60,518 bases of DNA from positions 1-60,518 of the forward strand of contig JAHQYN010000006.1 in NCBI GenBank assembly GCA_024421085.1. The letters are read 5' to 3'. The translations under genes were made by a program, and so were the position numbers. Below are positions 8,361 through 20,351 of this stretch, piece after piece (position 1 is the first letter of the stretch; each line of letters starts with the position of its first letter). The notes beneath the pieces are model-generated. The model saw nothing but the letters and a program-made list of their open reading frames with translations. It did not search any database and had not been told where the DNA came from. Source of the DNA: Acidimicrobiia bacterium. Lineage in GTDB: Bacteria; Actinomycetota; Acidimicrobiia; Acidimicrobiales; Aldehydirespiratoraceae.

Positions 8361-9374
8361 CTATGCTTCGGTCGCTGCGGCTCCGGTCGCTGCGGTTTCG
8401 TCTTCTCCGCCTCCGGTTTCGGCGGTTGCTGCCGCTCCGGTCGCTGCGGCTTGGCCTTTTCGGTCTCCAGATGCCGCGGCTCCGGCTGCGCCCGGCGAAG
8501 GCAACGCGCTTTCGTAATGTTTCGCTCCCGGGCCGAGCGGTGCGCGGATTCCTCGGTACTCCCAGTCGCCTCCCAGCGCGGTGGAGCGCACCTCTTCAGA
8601 GTCGCTGGGCTGGGCACCCACGTCATCACGAATCGGTGTTGGGCCGGTCACGATCGTGTTGGTCAACTCGCCGAGACCTTCGACTGCTACCGAAACCACA
8701 TCGCCGGGATACACCGTGCGCGAATTGGCAGGAGTGCCCGACAACAGAATGTCGCCGGGGACCAGAGTGATCGTGCGGGCGATGTCGGCCACGATGTAGT
8801 GCATGTCCCACTCCATCTCGTCTGTGGTGGCGTCCTGGCGCACTTCACCGTTGACGAGGGTCTGGATCCGGTTGCCTCGGAAGTCCCAGTCGGTGACGAG
8901 ACCCGGGCCGACCGGGCAGAGCGTGTCGCTCCCCTTCACCCGCAGCATCGAACCCGCATCGGTATCGCGGAAGTCATGCAATCCGTAGTCGTTGGCGACC
9001 GAGTAACCGGCGATGTAATCGCCTGCATGTGCTGGTGAGACGTTACGACAGGTCCGGCCGATCACGATGGCTATCTCGCCTTCGTAGTTGAGCCAATCGC
9101 AGCCCTCAGGACGAACCACGTCGGCGCCGTGACCGCACAGAGCCGTGATCGGCTTGTGGAAGTAAGTGGGCGCGGCTGGGAGCTTGGTCATGAACTCGTC
9201 GACACGGCTGCGGTAGTTGAGATGAATGCAGATGATCTTGGTCGGTTCAACGGGTGCAAGGTGCACGGCGTCGGCGATCGCCACCCGACGACCATCACCC
9301 GCGATCAACTCGTCGCCCCGGCGTTCTGTGAGAGTCGGGTAGCCATCGACAAGGACACGGCGGTATTCGGTCAT
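8361..9374 (-). CDS. Fumarylacetoacetate hydrolase family protein (HpaG-like) with low-complexity C-terminal extension
   Basis: KIICIHLNY, YEGEIA, ANDYG and GDILLSGTP motifs; last ~50 aa come from short repeats at 8365-8490. Confidence 0.9.
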   Translation of the reverse strand: MTEYRRVLVDGYPTLTERRGDELIAGDGRRVAIADAVHLAPVEPTKIICIHLNYRSRVDEFMTKLPAAPTYFHKPITALCGHGADVVRPEGCDWLNYEGEIAIVIGRTCRNVSPAHAGDYIAGYSVANDYGLHDFRDTDAGSMLRVKGSDTLCPVGPGLVTDWDFRGNRIQTLVNGEVRQDATTDEMEWDMHYIVADIARTITLVPGDILLSGTPANSRTVYPGDVVSVAVEGLGELTNTIVTGPTPIRDDVGAQPSDSEEVRSTALGGDWEYRGIRAPLGPGAKHYESALPSPGAAGAAASGDRKGQAAATGAAATAETGGGEDETAATGAAATEA

Positions 9375-9399
9375 GACCTGCGACGATAGTCAATCGCGA

Positions 9400-9421
9400 G
9401 ATCTTTTGGTACCGAACGATC
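9400..9421. promoter_or_regulatory. Imperfect palindrome, candidate MarR operator
   Basis: GATCTTTTGGTACCGAACGATC lies between the divergent FAH and MarR starts. Confidence 0.5.
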
Positions 9422-9472
9422 CATGAACTCAGGTTGGACACCTATGGTTGGTAGCTGGAGGGCAACGAGAAC

Positions 9473-9626
9473 TTGACCGATAACGAAGGCTCGACGGACG
9501 GTGAAGACTTCCTGACCGCTGAGCGTGACATCCGCAAACGGCTCGGTGATCGGCAACTCGATTTCGATTCGCTGCACGCCATATCCAACATCTATAGAGC
9601 CGCCACGGCTGTGCGTCGTCGAGCGG
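9473..9626 (+). pseudogene. MarR-family regulator, 5' fragment
   Basis: RLGDRQLDFDSLHAISNIYRAATAVRRRA resembles the N-terminus of actinobacterial MarR proteins; similarity stops where the methyltransferase 3' end begins. Confidence 0.65.
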
Positions 9627-11394
9627 GTCGCCGTGGCTTTGGCAAGCGATATCGCCACCAATCAAGCAGCTCTACGTCATTAGATAGTCCGTAGGCAGCA
9701 CACATAGCTTCAGCGGAAGCGAGCAGCTGAACATCGCGCGCACTGGGCTCAAGCGAGCGGCTAGCACTCATGAAATGCTCAGCGGCAAGCGACCAATGGG
9801 AGTCGTCTTCAGGCAAAGGGAGCTTAAGAACATCAGAAGCACTGAGCTTCAGGGCCTCCGTGTTCAGGGCGGCACCGAGATGTCGGCGTGCTGCGATGAG
9901 CGTCACTGGAGGGGAAGTCAGAAGAGCACCAAGGCGCCAGAGATCATCAAAATCATTGACAGAGACAGAAATAACAGGTACTGATGCGAGATAGATACCA
10001 AATTCGTCAACGACGACCTCAAGGACCCTGGTTTGAGTCGCAAGCATGAGCTTGGGGCGAAGTCCTTCGGTCACCCATTCCCGCAGACGTGGTTCCAAGC
10101 GCGCAACGTCAACTCTCGGAAACTCGAACGTAGCTTTGTCAAACTTCGTTCGACGCTTGCCCCATAGAACAGTCGCAGGGTCAATGAGCCCTGAAGTAAC
10201 AAGGCGCGGGAACTCAATGTCAGAGGCTTCACGCCGATCCATAACGCAGCCGCGCAGGCCATAATATTGATCCCGAAAGTCAGCTGTCGCGCTTGCGATA
10301 TCCGCGACGGTCCCTTGGCTACGAGTCTTGCGGTCGGGAATCCCCTGGCTCGATGCCAGCAAACCCGACCAAGAGCTTCCGGTTATCGCCGCTTCACCAA
10401 CGGGGCGAAAGTCCCTCCCGGCGTACAAGCTCACTCTGTCGCTATCGCTTCCTCGGCGCAGCAACGGGGCGCAGACGCGGACTGATGCGTCGAACACGGC
10501 CTCTTCGCAGGTCCAGAGTGCCTGGAGTTGGCAATCGTCTAATAGTTTAGAACGAGCAGGCGTAGCGTCGCGGGCTGACAACACTGACATAGGCTGAATC
10601 AGGCAGACGATTCCCATGTCGCGGCGGGCCACCTTGTGACCAAGCAGCAAGAACAAGACTGCTGTATCGGTGAGCGCTGTGGCTGCATCGCTAAACTGCT
10701 CAAGGACTCGCGATGCATAATCCTCCGTACGAGTCGTTTCCGTTGCTAGCTGGCTTAGGAACGGAGGGTTCCCAATGACCAGGTCATAACCGCCGTTGCA
10801 GCCGGCCAGTTCGAACACATCATTCCAATCAAGCGTGTCGGCGGTGAATCGTGAGCGTTGGTCTGCACCAATCTCGAGAGCGTCCGCACAAAACACATGG
10901 TCGTTCACCGCCGACTCTGGTGCAGCACCTTCGCTCGCCTGCAGGAGACTCTCTCTGCAAAGACCCACAGCAGTCTCGTCGATGTCGATGCCGGTGACGC
11001 ACTCACCGAAGGCGGCGCGGGCAGCCTCGCGGGCGTCAACGCCGAGCGTCTCGAGGCATCGCCGTATGCGGTCGCCAACGGCTAACAGGAAGTTTCCGCT
11101 TCCGCAGGCTGGATCGATAACTCGGATTGCTCTAGCTGCCTTGAGTCCTTGACGTGTACGCAACTCAAGGATCGGATCGAGCGCGAGGTCCAGCAGACCG
11201 CTCACGACATCCGGTGGCGTGTAGTACGAACCGCCGCGCTTTCGTCGCCCGCTCGTCTCAAGCGCCTGTTGGTGTGCGACACCCGCGAGGTGCGAAACCT
11301 GCCGGAAATCCTCTGACATCGGGTGCTCGAAGCTCTCGCGAGAAGAGCCCAGCTCCGAAGGGTCAAGCTGGTCGAACATCTTCATTTGGGGCAC
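9592..11394 (-). CDS. N6-adenine DNA methyltransferase (Eco57I/TaqI-like gamma class) with C-terminal target-recognition region
   Basis: GSYYTP, motif I VIDPACGSGNFL, motif IV VIGNPPF; visibly lower GC than the flanks. Confidence 0.88.
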   Translation of the reverse strand: MPQMKMFDQLDPSELGSSRESFEHPMSEDFRQVSHLAGVAHQQALETSGRRKRGGSYYTPPDVVSGLLDLALDPILELRTRQGLKAARAIRVIDPACGSGNFLLAVGDRIRRCLETLGVDAREAARAAFGECVTGIDIDETAVGLCRESLLQASEGAAPESAVNDHVFCADALEIGADQRSRFTADTLDWNDVFELAGCNGGYDLVIGNPPFLSQLATETTRTEDYASRVLEQFSDAATALTDTAVLFLLLGHKVARRDMGIVCLIQPMSVLSARDATPARSKLLDDCQLQALWTCEEAVFDASVRVCAPLLRRGSDSDRVSLYAGRDFRPVGEAAITGSSWSGLLASSQGIPDRKTRSQGTVADIASATADFRDQYYGLRGCVMDRREASDIEFPRLVTSGLIDPATVLWGKRRTKFDKATFEFPRVDVARLEPRLREWVTEGLRPKLMLATQTRVLEVVVDEFGIYLASVPVISVSVNDFDDLWRLGALLTSPPVTLIAARRHLGAALNTEALKLSASDVLKLPLPEDDSHWSLAAEHFMSASRSLEPSARDVQLLASAEAMCAAYGLSNDVELLDWWRYRLPKPRRPARRRTAVAAL

Positions 11395-11404
11395 TCGTTC
11401 AAGT

Positions 11405-12042
11405 CTATCCGATCAAGCCTCGTGGGCAGGTCGGCTCTCCGTCCTCTCGGGGGTTGAGGTCGAAGTTGGCAACCAGACGGCCGCGGGTGTCCTACTGATA
11501 CGGGACGGCAAGAAGCGAGCCTTCGCTCTGTCGTACGGCATGGGCTTTCAGCTGCTCGACCAGGACAAGATCGACCAGCGCTTTGGTCTACGAATTGCCG
11601 TCCGCACGGCAGCGCCCGAGTTCATCAAGTCGCTCACGCGCTCGGAACTCGACCACCGCGCACGGGTTGACAGGTTATCGATTCCGGCAGGTGAGACGCT
11701 GCGCGGCTTCGGAATCGGGGACTTCGGCGAGATGGTGACGCGTCTGAGCGGTTCGGCGCGCATCCCGGGACTTGTCCTCGGGGATGACCACACTCAAGTG
11801 AGGGCCGCTGATGCTCTCAGCTGACGCTGCCTAGCTGGGAAACGGCGATTCACCCTGCGGAAAAGGCATACAACGCTGCCGTCGCGGAGGAATGTGGCTT
11901 CGCGATGCTTGATCGGGAAATGGTGGACACTGCGCAGCACCGGCGCGGGTTCGAAGCTTGCGATCTGATTTCGCCGGACGGCGACCTCATCCATGTTAAG
12001 CACGTCCCCAGGTCATCGGCAGCGAGCCACCTCTTCCAGCAG
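11405..12042 (+). pseudogene. DUF6119 (TIGR04141) family remnants: two pieces joined out of frame at ~11821
   Basis: Piece 1: AFALSYGMGFQLLDQDKIDQRFGLRIAVR. Piece 2: EKAYN…GFEACDLISPDGDLIHVK…SHLFQQ. Start, middle and end are missing. Confidence 0.7.
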
Positions 12043-12155
12043 AGACCGGGCGTGGCGCGAACTGTGGCGAACACATCGTGGGGGATGCCCTAGGAGTACC
12101 GCTCGACATCGGCGAGATCGACAGGCGTTCGGGCCACGGTCGTCACCGCGTTCAC
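12030..12155 (-). pseudogene. Cytochrome P450 N-terminal stump with in-frame TAG
   Basis: MNAVTTVARTPVDLADVERYS*GIPHDVFATVRATPGLCW matches the P450 N-terminal DL…Y..G.PH..F..LR…P..W pattern; starts 3 bp after the ALDH stop. Confidence 0.65.
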
Positions 12156-12158
12156 CCT

Positions 12159-13649
12159 TCAGCCGATCACGAACGGGTCGCGGGTCTTGCCGCTCAGCTC
12201 GACCCAGGTCACCTTGGTGTTCAAGAAACCGTCGACCGCCTCGATCCCGTTGTCTTTGCCGTGGCCCGACTGCTTCACACCTCCGAAAGGTGCGTTGTAG
12301 CTGACCGACCGGTAAGCGTTGATCCACACCGTGCCGACGTTGAGCGCACGTGACAGCCGATGGGCGCGTCGAATGTCGTTGGTCCACACGCCCGCCGCCA
12401 GCCCGAAGTCGGAATCGTTCGCCAAGTCGATCACCTCGGCCTCGTCACGGAACGTCATCACGGCAAGAACCGGACCGAATACCTCCTCTCGGACGATCGT
12501 CGTGTCGTTGTCGACGTCGACGATCACGGTAGGCCGCACGAAGCAGCCGCCGAGTTCGGGGTCCACCACCCCGCCGGTGAGGATCGTCGCACCTTCTGAG
12601 CGTGCCGTCTCGACCATCTCCAGGATCCGGTCGCGCTGCGCCTCAGAGGCTGCGGGTCCCATCTCGGTGGCCGGGTCGCTGGGATCGCCGAGCACCAGCG
12701 TCTCGGCACGCGCAACCACCCTGGCGATCACGTCGTCGGCAACGTCGGCATGGATGTAGGCGCGCGAACCGGCCACGCAGGTCTGGCCGCTGGCCGCGAA
12801 GATGCCTGAGAGCAGCCCGTTCGTGACCGCGTCGGGATCAACGTCGTCGAAGATGATCTGCGGGGACTTGCCGCCGAGCTCCAGCACGGTGGGTGTCAGG
12901 TTGTCGGCCGCGGCGCGCGCCACATGACGGGCGGTCGCTCCTCCGCCCGTGAAGGTGATCTTGTCGATATCCGGATGCGCGGTGATGGCCGCGCCGACGC
13001 CCGCCCCTCCGGTCACGACGTTGATCACACCGGGCGGGAATCCCGCCTCGGCGGCGCGCTGGGCCAGCAGCAGCGACGTCACCGGGGTTGTGTCGGAGGG
13101 TTTGATCACCGCGGTGCATCCGGCTGCGAGCAGGGGTCCGAGTTTCCAGGTGAGCAGCATGAGCGGCGAGTTCCAGGGCACTATCACGCCCACCACCCCC
13201 ACCGGCACCTTCTCTGTGTAGACCAGAAAATCTGGCGAAGGGTTGGGCAGTTGTTCACCGTGGATCTTGTCGGTGACACCGGCGAAGAAGTCGAGATAGC
13301 TCTTGAGTGCGGCGGTCTGGGCTGAGGTCTCACGGATGATCTTGCCGTTGTCCCGAGTCTCGATCTCAGCGAGTTCCGCGGCGTCGCGGGCCAGCAACTC
13401 GCCGAGCTTCCGCATGAGCCGGCTTCGCTCAGTCGCGGGCATCGTGGCCCAAGGTCCGGTCTCGAATGCGGCGCGCGCTGCTGAGACGGCGTCGTCGACA
13501 GCGCTCGGGTCGTCGGGCACCTCTGCCCAGGCCCTGCCGCTGAACGGGTTGCTGGTCTGCATCCTCGGCCCGCCGTCGGAGGGCACGAAGGCACCGTTGA
13601 TGAAGTTGTCGAAGCTCTCGACAGAGTCGTTGGAATCAGTCATGGTCAT
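12159..13649 (-). CDS. Aldehyde dehydrogenase
   Basis: VPWNSP, FTGG, ELGGKS, GQTCVAG and EEVFGP motifs; AAGGA RBS. Confidence 0.93.
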   Translation of the reverse strand: MTMTDSNDSVESFDNFINGAFVPSDGGPRMQTSNPFSGRAWAEVPDDPSAVDDAVSAARAAFETGPWATMPATERSRLMRKLGELLARDAAELAEIETRDNGKIIRETSAQTAALKSYLDFFAGVTDKIHGEQLPNPSPDFLVYTEKVPVGVVGVIVPWNSPLMLLTWKLGPLLAAGCTAVIKPSDTTPVTSLLLAQRAAEAGFPPGVINVVTGGAGVGAAITAHPDIDKITFTGGGATARHVARAAADNLTPTVLELGGKSPQIIFDDVDPDAVTNGLLSGIFAASGQTCVAGSRAYIHADVADDVIARVVARAETLVLGDPSDPATEMGPAASEAQRDRILEMVETARSEGATILTGGVVDPELGGCFVRPTVIVDVDNDTTIVREEVFGPVLAVMTFRDEAEVIDLANDSDFGLAAGVWTNDIRRAHRLSRALNVGTVWINAYRSVSYNAPFGGVKQSGHGKDNGIEAVDGFLNTKVTWVELSGKTRDPFVIG

Positions 13650-13872
13650 TGGTTTTCCTTGTTCGTGGATTGGTTGTGGTCGTGGGTTGGTCGTGGATGG
13701 AGATGGCACTGCTCGGGCATTTGTCGACGACGACCCAGAACCCGGAGGACTCGTAGGGGTGCTAGGTGAGCCCGGGGCGGGCCCGCATCTCTGTGAACCG
13801 CTCGTGGGGCGCACCACTGAGGTACAGCGTCGGCGTGGTGACATCCGGGTCCTCGGCGGGTTCAGTGGTCAT
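13636..13872 (-). pseudogene. Deletion fusion of a cytochrome P450 N-terminus and a ferredoxin C-terminus
   Basis: MTTEPAEDPDVTTPTLYLSGAPHERFTEMRARPGLT*HPYESSGFWVV joined to VDKCPSSAISIHD; TAG at 13762-13764. Confidence 0.7.
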
Positions 13873-13910
13873 GGGCGGGGTGGTCGGTCACGGGTTGGTG
13901 GTCGTCTCGG

Positions 13911-15245
13911 CTAGCAGTGCTCGATGAAGCGGTCTCGATCCCATTGGCTCACGTGGTCAGGGTCGTCGGACTCTGCGTTGGCGGCCGCGAGGTCGACCTC
14001 GGCTGCGGCGATGCTCACATAACTGCGAGAGAACATGTCTCCTAACCGCTGCGCGATCGGGCTTGATTCGTAGGCCGCAATCGCCCCCGAGAGGTCGGTG
14101 GGCAGTGGCGGGCAGTCACCGGGGTTGCCGTACATGTCGCCGTGGCTCATGGCCGGCGGAACCAGCCCCCGCTCCACACCGTCGGCACCCGCGGCCAACA
14201 CACCGGCGATGATCAGGTAGGGGTTGGCATCGGCACCGGCGGGACGGAACTCTACGCGGTTGGCCGAAGAGCCCGCTTCGGTGATGCACCGCGCCAGGAC
14301 CGTGCGGTTGTCGAGCCCCCAGTGAACGTGGGTGGGGGCGAAGGTGTAGGGCCGGATCCGCTTTCCCCCGTTGGATGTCGGAGCGCCCAGCAGGGTCATC
14401 GAAAGAGTGTGTTCCAGAATGCCGGCGAGCCACTGCGCCATCAGCTCGTTCGGTTGCTCGTCTGAGTCGGCGAAAGCGTTGGTGCCATCGACGTTGAGGC
14501 TCGTATGCACGTGCATCCCCGAACCTGAATGTTCGGTCCAGGGCTTCGGCATGAAGGTCGCTCGCAGACCGTGCTGCACTGCCACCTGCTTGATGATGCT
14601 CTTGTAGAGAACTGTGTTGTCTGCTGCGGTCATGGCATCGACGGGTCCGGTGTTGAGTTCGATCTGGCCGGGTCCGTATTCGGCGTTGGACGACTCCACC
14701 TCGATACCCGCCCCAGCGATGGCTTCACGCATGTCGCGCAGCGTGTCCTCCAATTCGAGCGCGTCGGTCAGCGAGCTGTACTGGATGTGGTTCTGCACCG
14801 GCGCCCAGTCAGGCGTGCAGAGATAGAACTCCATCTCGGTGGCGACTAGGGGATCCAGCCCCTGCTGTTGGCAGCGTTCGATCTGTCTTGCCAGAACCGA
14901 GCGGGGCGCCATCGGGTGAGGATCGTTGTTGGGGTCGAAAGCATCAGCGAAGACCAGCGCGTATCCGGGGCGGTGCGTCAAGATTCGCATGGACGACAGA
15001 TCTGGGATCAAGCGACAGTCGAGATAGCCGGTGTCTATGTTGATGAACTCGTTGTCGGGCAGGTCGTCCTGCATGTCGAATACGAACATGGCGTCGGCAA
15101 TGCTCACTCCGCTCTCGGCAATGCTCGCGAAGAAGCGGTCGACGGGCACCCGCTTGCCGCGCAACCGGCCCTGGGTGTCGGGAGCGCCGACCTCAACGGT
15201 GTGAATGTTGTGCTCGGCGGTTTTCTGTCGGAGTTCGCTGATCAT
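13911..15245 (-). CDS. Glutamine synthetase-like protein (probable gamma-glutamyl-amine ligase)
   Basis: DTQGRLRGK, EMEFY, EYGPGQIE, ATFMPKP, GSGMHVHTS, WGLDNRT and NRVEFRP motifs. Confidence 0.9.
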   Translation of the reverse strand: MISELRQKTAEHNIHTVEVGAPDTQGRLRGKRVPVDRFFASIAESGVSIADAMFVFDMQDDLPDNEFINIDTGYLDCRLIPDLSSMRILTHRPGYALVFADAFDPNNDPHPMAPRSVLARQIERCQQQGLDPLVATEMEFYLCTPDWAPVQNHIQYSSLTDALELEDTLRDMREAIAGAGIEVESSNAEYGPGQIELNTGPVDAMTAADNTVLYKSIIKQVAVQHGLRATFMPKPWTEHSGSGMHVHTSLNVDGTNAFADSDEQPNELMAQWLAGILEHTLSMTLLGAPTSNGGKRIRPYTFAPTHVHWGLDNRTVLARCITEAGSSANRVEFRPAGADANPYLIIAGVLAAGADGVERGLVPPAMSHGDMYGNPGDCPPLPTDLSGAIAAYESSPIAQRLGDMFSRSYVSIAAAEVDLAAANAESDDPDHVSQWDRDRFIEHC

Positions 15246-15257
15246 GTGAAGTCCCTT

Positions 15258-15506
15258 TCACTGGCTGGATGGTGTATTGGTTGGTTCGGCCGGTTCGGCA
15301 GGTGTTGTCGTGTCGGCGGCTGTCTGATCGACTTTGGACCCCGGTTTCAACGCACCGGTGAGGATCAGGTCCCGTACATACCGTGCGACCGCGTCAGCGA
15401 TTCCGCCCCGGCGCCGATTCTGCGGTTCGACCCGGGCATAGGGGCTGACCTCGGGTCTGCTGTCGGGCATCGTCTCGGGCACGCTGTCGGGCACGCTGTG
15501 GGGCAT
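15258..15506 (-). pseudogene. GntR-family regulator truncated within the HTH
   Basis: IADAVARYVRDLILTGALKPGSKVDQ is the first GntR helix and turn, followed directly by a low-complexity tail. Confidence 0.75.
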
Positions 15507-15593
15507 CGTGTGATGAGATTCCGCAACAGTTCGACCATTTCTCAGACAATTGACTGGGATCGTGGCACAGGATTCGTTTGGTAGCAAACGAAA

Positions 15594-15614
15594 TCGTGTA
15601 TACAATACACAATT
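15594..15614. promoter_or_regulatory. Candidate GntR/FadR operator
   Basis: TGTATACA palindrome (15597-15604) followed by ATACACAAT, upstream of the gntR stump. Confidence 0.55.
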
Positions 15615-15796
15615 GTCGCAGCTAACCTCAAATCCGACGATCCCGGTCATATGCAGGGGGTTCTGCATCCAAGTTGGGGCGGCGAACCAGCGACGGTTGT
15701 GCTCCCCCGGTTGACCCCTGCCCGCTGCCTGAATCAAGGGACGAGTTCTCGGCGGACTACATGTAAACTTCTCTAAGACGCGAGAGCGCAGGTCGA

Positions 15797-17992
<2,196 letters not shown>

Positions 17993-18057
17993 GCGGGTTG
18001 CGCCTGCGTCACCCGAGTGCATACGACATCGCTTCGGTGGCCAGCTATTCTGCTCGC

Positions 18058-19527
18058 ATGCCAATCAGCTACCGCGCAGTTCGCGTCCTGCCCCAGCGGG
18101 CAAGGGCACACGTATGGATCGTCACCTCAGAAGCCGTCGCCGACGGCCTCGACCACGTTGACAGCAGAGACCTCGACAACGCCGACTTCAGCGGCCAGGT
18201 CGGCCAGGCCTACACCTGGCCTGTCAATGGCCGGGTCGGTGCTCTGGTCGGGGTCGGCCGCCGTGCCGAGGTGGACGCCGAGCGCCTCCGCCGTGCCGGA
18301 GCGGCGATCGCGCGGAGGTTGGGCAACCACACCTGGGTCGGAACTGTTCTGCCGGACATCAACCTCGACGGCGCGGTCTGCCGCCGCGCGCTGGTCGAGG
18401 GGATCTCGCTCGGCAGCTACAAGTTCTTGACCTACAAGTCCGAGGGCGAACCGCTGAAGTTGAACCGAGTCGACGTCGCCGGCGGAGCGGGTGCGGCGAA
18501 CCAGGGAGCGCTCGACCTAGGCAGGGCTGTGGCCGGCGCACAGATGCTGGCTCGAGACCTGGTCAACGAGCCGGGAGGAATCCTGACCGCACCGGAGTTC
18601 GCGGACCGTGCCGCCGCGGTGGGGCGCGACCGCGGATTGAAGGTCAAGGTCTGGGACGAGACCGAAATAGCCGAGGGCGGCCTCGGCGGTCTCCTCGGCG
18701 TCAACCGCGGCTCGACCCTCCCACCCCGGCTGGTTGAGTTGACCTACGATCCGCCCGGGCCCAAGCACGGCACTCTGGCACTGGTCGGCAAGGGGATCGT
18801 GTTCGATGCAGGCGGTCTGTCGATCAAGACCGGCCAGGGCATGATGACCATGAAGTACGACATGGGCGGGGGTGCAGCCGTGATCGGCGCCATGTCGGCC
18901 ATGGCAGAGATCGCGCCCGCCGCGCAGGTCCGAGCCTACGTTCCGATGACAGACAACATGCTCGGCGGCGACGCCACCCGCCCGGGCGACGTGTTGAAGA
19001 TCCGCAACGGCAAGACCATCGAAGTGCTCAACACCGACGCCGAGGGACGCTTGATCCTCGCCGACGCCCTCTCGCTGGCCAGCGAAACCGCACCCGACGC
19101 AATCGTCGATTTGGCGACGCTCACCGGCGCCTGCGTGGTCGCGCTCGGCCCGAAGATCGCCGGGCTCATGGGCAACAACGACGAGTGGACAGACGCCATC
19201 AAGAACGCGTCGGCGGCCTCGGGCGAACGGGTCTGGCACCTGCCGCTGCCCGGCGACTACGGCGAACAGATCGAATCGTCGGTGGCAGACATGAAAAACA
19301 TCGGCAAGCCCCAGGGGGGCGCGCTGACCGCCGGCCTGATCCTCAAGGAGTTCGTGGCCGAGGGGATTCCGTGGGCCCATCTCGACATCGCCGGACCGTC
19401 ATGGAGCGACTCAGACGACGCAGAGACCACCAAGGGAGGCACCGGCTTCGGAGTGCGACTGCTGATCGAACTGGCGAGGAGCTTCGAGCCGCCCGCCACC
19501 GACCCGGCCAGCTCGGACGGGCATTAG
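18058..19527 (+). CDS. pepA: Leucyl aminopeptidase (M17)
   Basis: LVGKGIVFDAGG, MKYDMGG, NTDAEGRL and HLDIAG motifs. Confidence 0.95.
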   Translation: MPISYRAVRVLPQRARAHVWIVTSEAVADGLDHVDSRDLDNADFSGQVGQAYTWPVNGRVGALVGVGRRAEVDAERLRRAGAAIARRLGNHTWVGTVLPDINLDGAVCRRALVEGISLGSYKFLTYKSEGEPLKLNRVDVAGGAGAANQGALDLGRAVAGAQMLARDLVNEPGGILTAPEFADRAAAVGRDRGLKVKVWDETEIAEGGLGGLLGVNRGSTLPPRLVELTYDPPGPKHGTLALVGKGIVFDAGGLSIKTGQGMMTMKYDMGGGAAVIGAMSAMAEIAPAAQVRAYVPMTDNMLGGDATRPGDVLKIRNGKTIEVLNTDAEGRLILADALSLASETAPDAIVDLATLTGACVVALGPKIAGLMGNNDEWTDAIKNASAASGERVWHLPLPGDYGEQIESSVADMKNIGKPQGGALTAGLILKEFVAEGIPWAHLDIAGPSWSDSDDAETTKGGTGFGVRLLIELARSFEPPATDPASSDGH

Positions 19528-19548
19528 CCGCAAGCTGCGCCCCGACCG

Positions 19549-20178
19549 TCAGTTCGAACTGTTGGCCAGCCCGTCGAGCGGCCCGTGGTGCAGGTCCCAA
19601 GCCCAGCGGACGGCGTCAGCGGCGATAGACGGATGGAACCGCCAGCGACCCAGTTGGAGTTCGGCATCGTCGAGGGCGTCGCCGCACTCCACCAAACCCA
19701 GCGCCAGGCGCCGCGCCCGGCGCTTGATCGCCTCGTTGTTCAATTGGAGTTCGCCATCGACGAACGCGGCGTGCTCGTGTCGCCGATGCGTCGGCAGACG
19801 ACTGACCTGTTCGAGGTTGAGCGGAGGAAGCCGTCTCCGCACCTCGATCTCGGTCGGTGAGAGCGACCGGACGACGCTGAAGCGGCAGGCGCGCTCGAAG
19901 CTGCGTGTCAGGGGGCCGGCCCGTCCGATCTTCCGCCCCAGTCCCAGCGACGAGGCTGTGGTCTTGAAGTCGAGGTCGAAGCCCTCGGGCGACTTCTCGA
20001 AGAACTCTGCACAGTGCCGCAACAGCAGAATCGTGGTCGGACCGAGCACACTGAGCCAGAACTTCTCGACATAGACCGATCTCGGGTCGTGACCGATCCG
20101 GTCGATGATCGGATCGGACCACGCGGTGATCCGGATCGTTCTCAATGCAGGTGCCAACAACAAAGTTGGTGGTTCCAT
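19549..20178 (-). CDS. Hypothetical protein, probable winged-helix fold
   Basis: Clean 209-aa ORF from ATG 20178; GHDPRSVYVEKFWLSVLGPT…RRRLPPL. Confidence 0.7.
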   Translation of the reverse strand: MEPPTLLLAPALRTIRITAWSDPIIDRIGHDPRSVYVEKFWLSVLGPTTILLLRHCAEFFEKSPEGFDLDFKTTASSLGLGRKIGRAGPLTRSFERACRFSVVRSLSPTEIEVRRRLPPLNLEQVSRLPTHRRHEHAAFVDGELQLNNEAIKRRARRLALGLVECGDALDDAELQLGRWRFHPSIAADAVRWAWDLHHGPLDGLANSSN

Positions 20179-20351
20179 GTAATACTCCCGCCAGTTGAAT
20201 CGCGCCAGTCTTGTCGCGCTAATTTGTACCGCCAGGGTCAGTATAGCGCTATTTGATTTCATCGCAACCCTTTTTCACGGTGTCTGCCGCACCCCCGCGG
20301 CGGCAGCGACCCGACGGTGGAGAATCCCGACTGAGTTGGTAGGATTTGCCC

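Noticed and set aside
6890-8629. N-terminal extensions in the ORF track (ALDH, SDR, dienelactone hydrolase, CsaB-like, wzt, amidohydrolase, DUF354)
   Set aside because: They overlap neighbouring genes; downstream starts fit family N-termini and, where visible, RBS positions.
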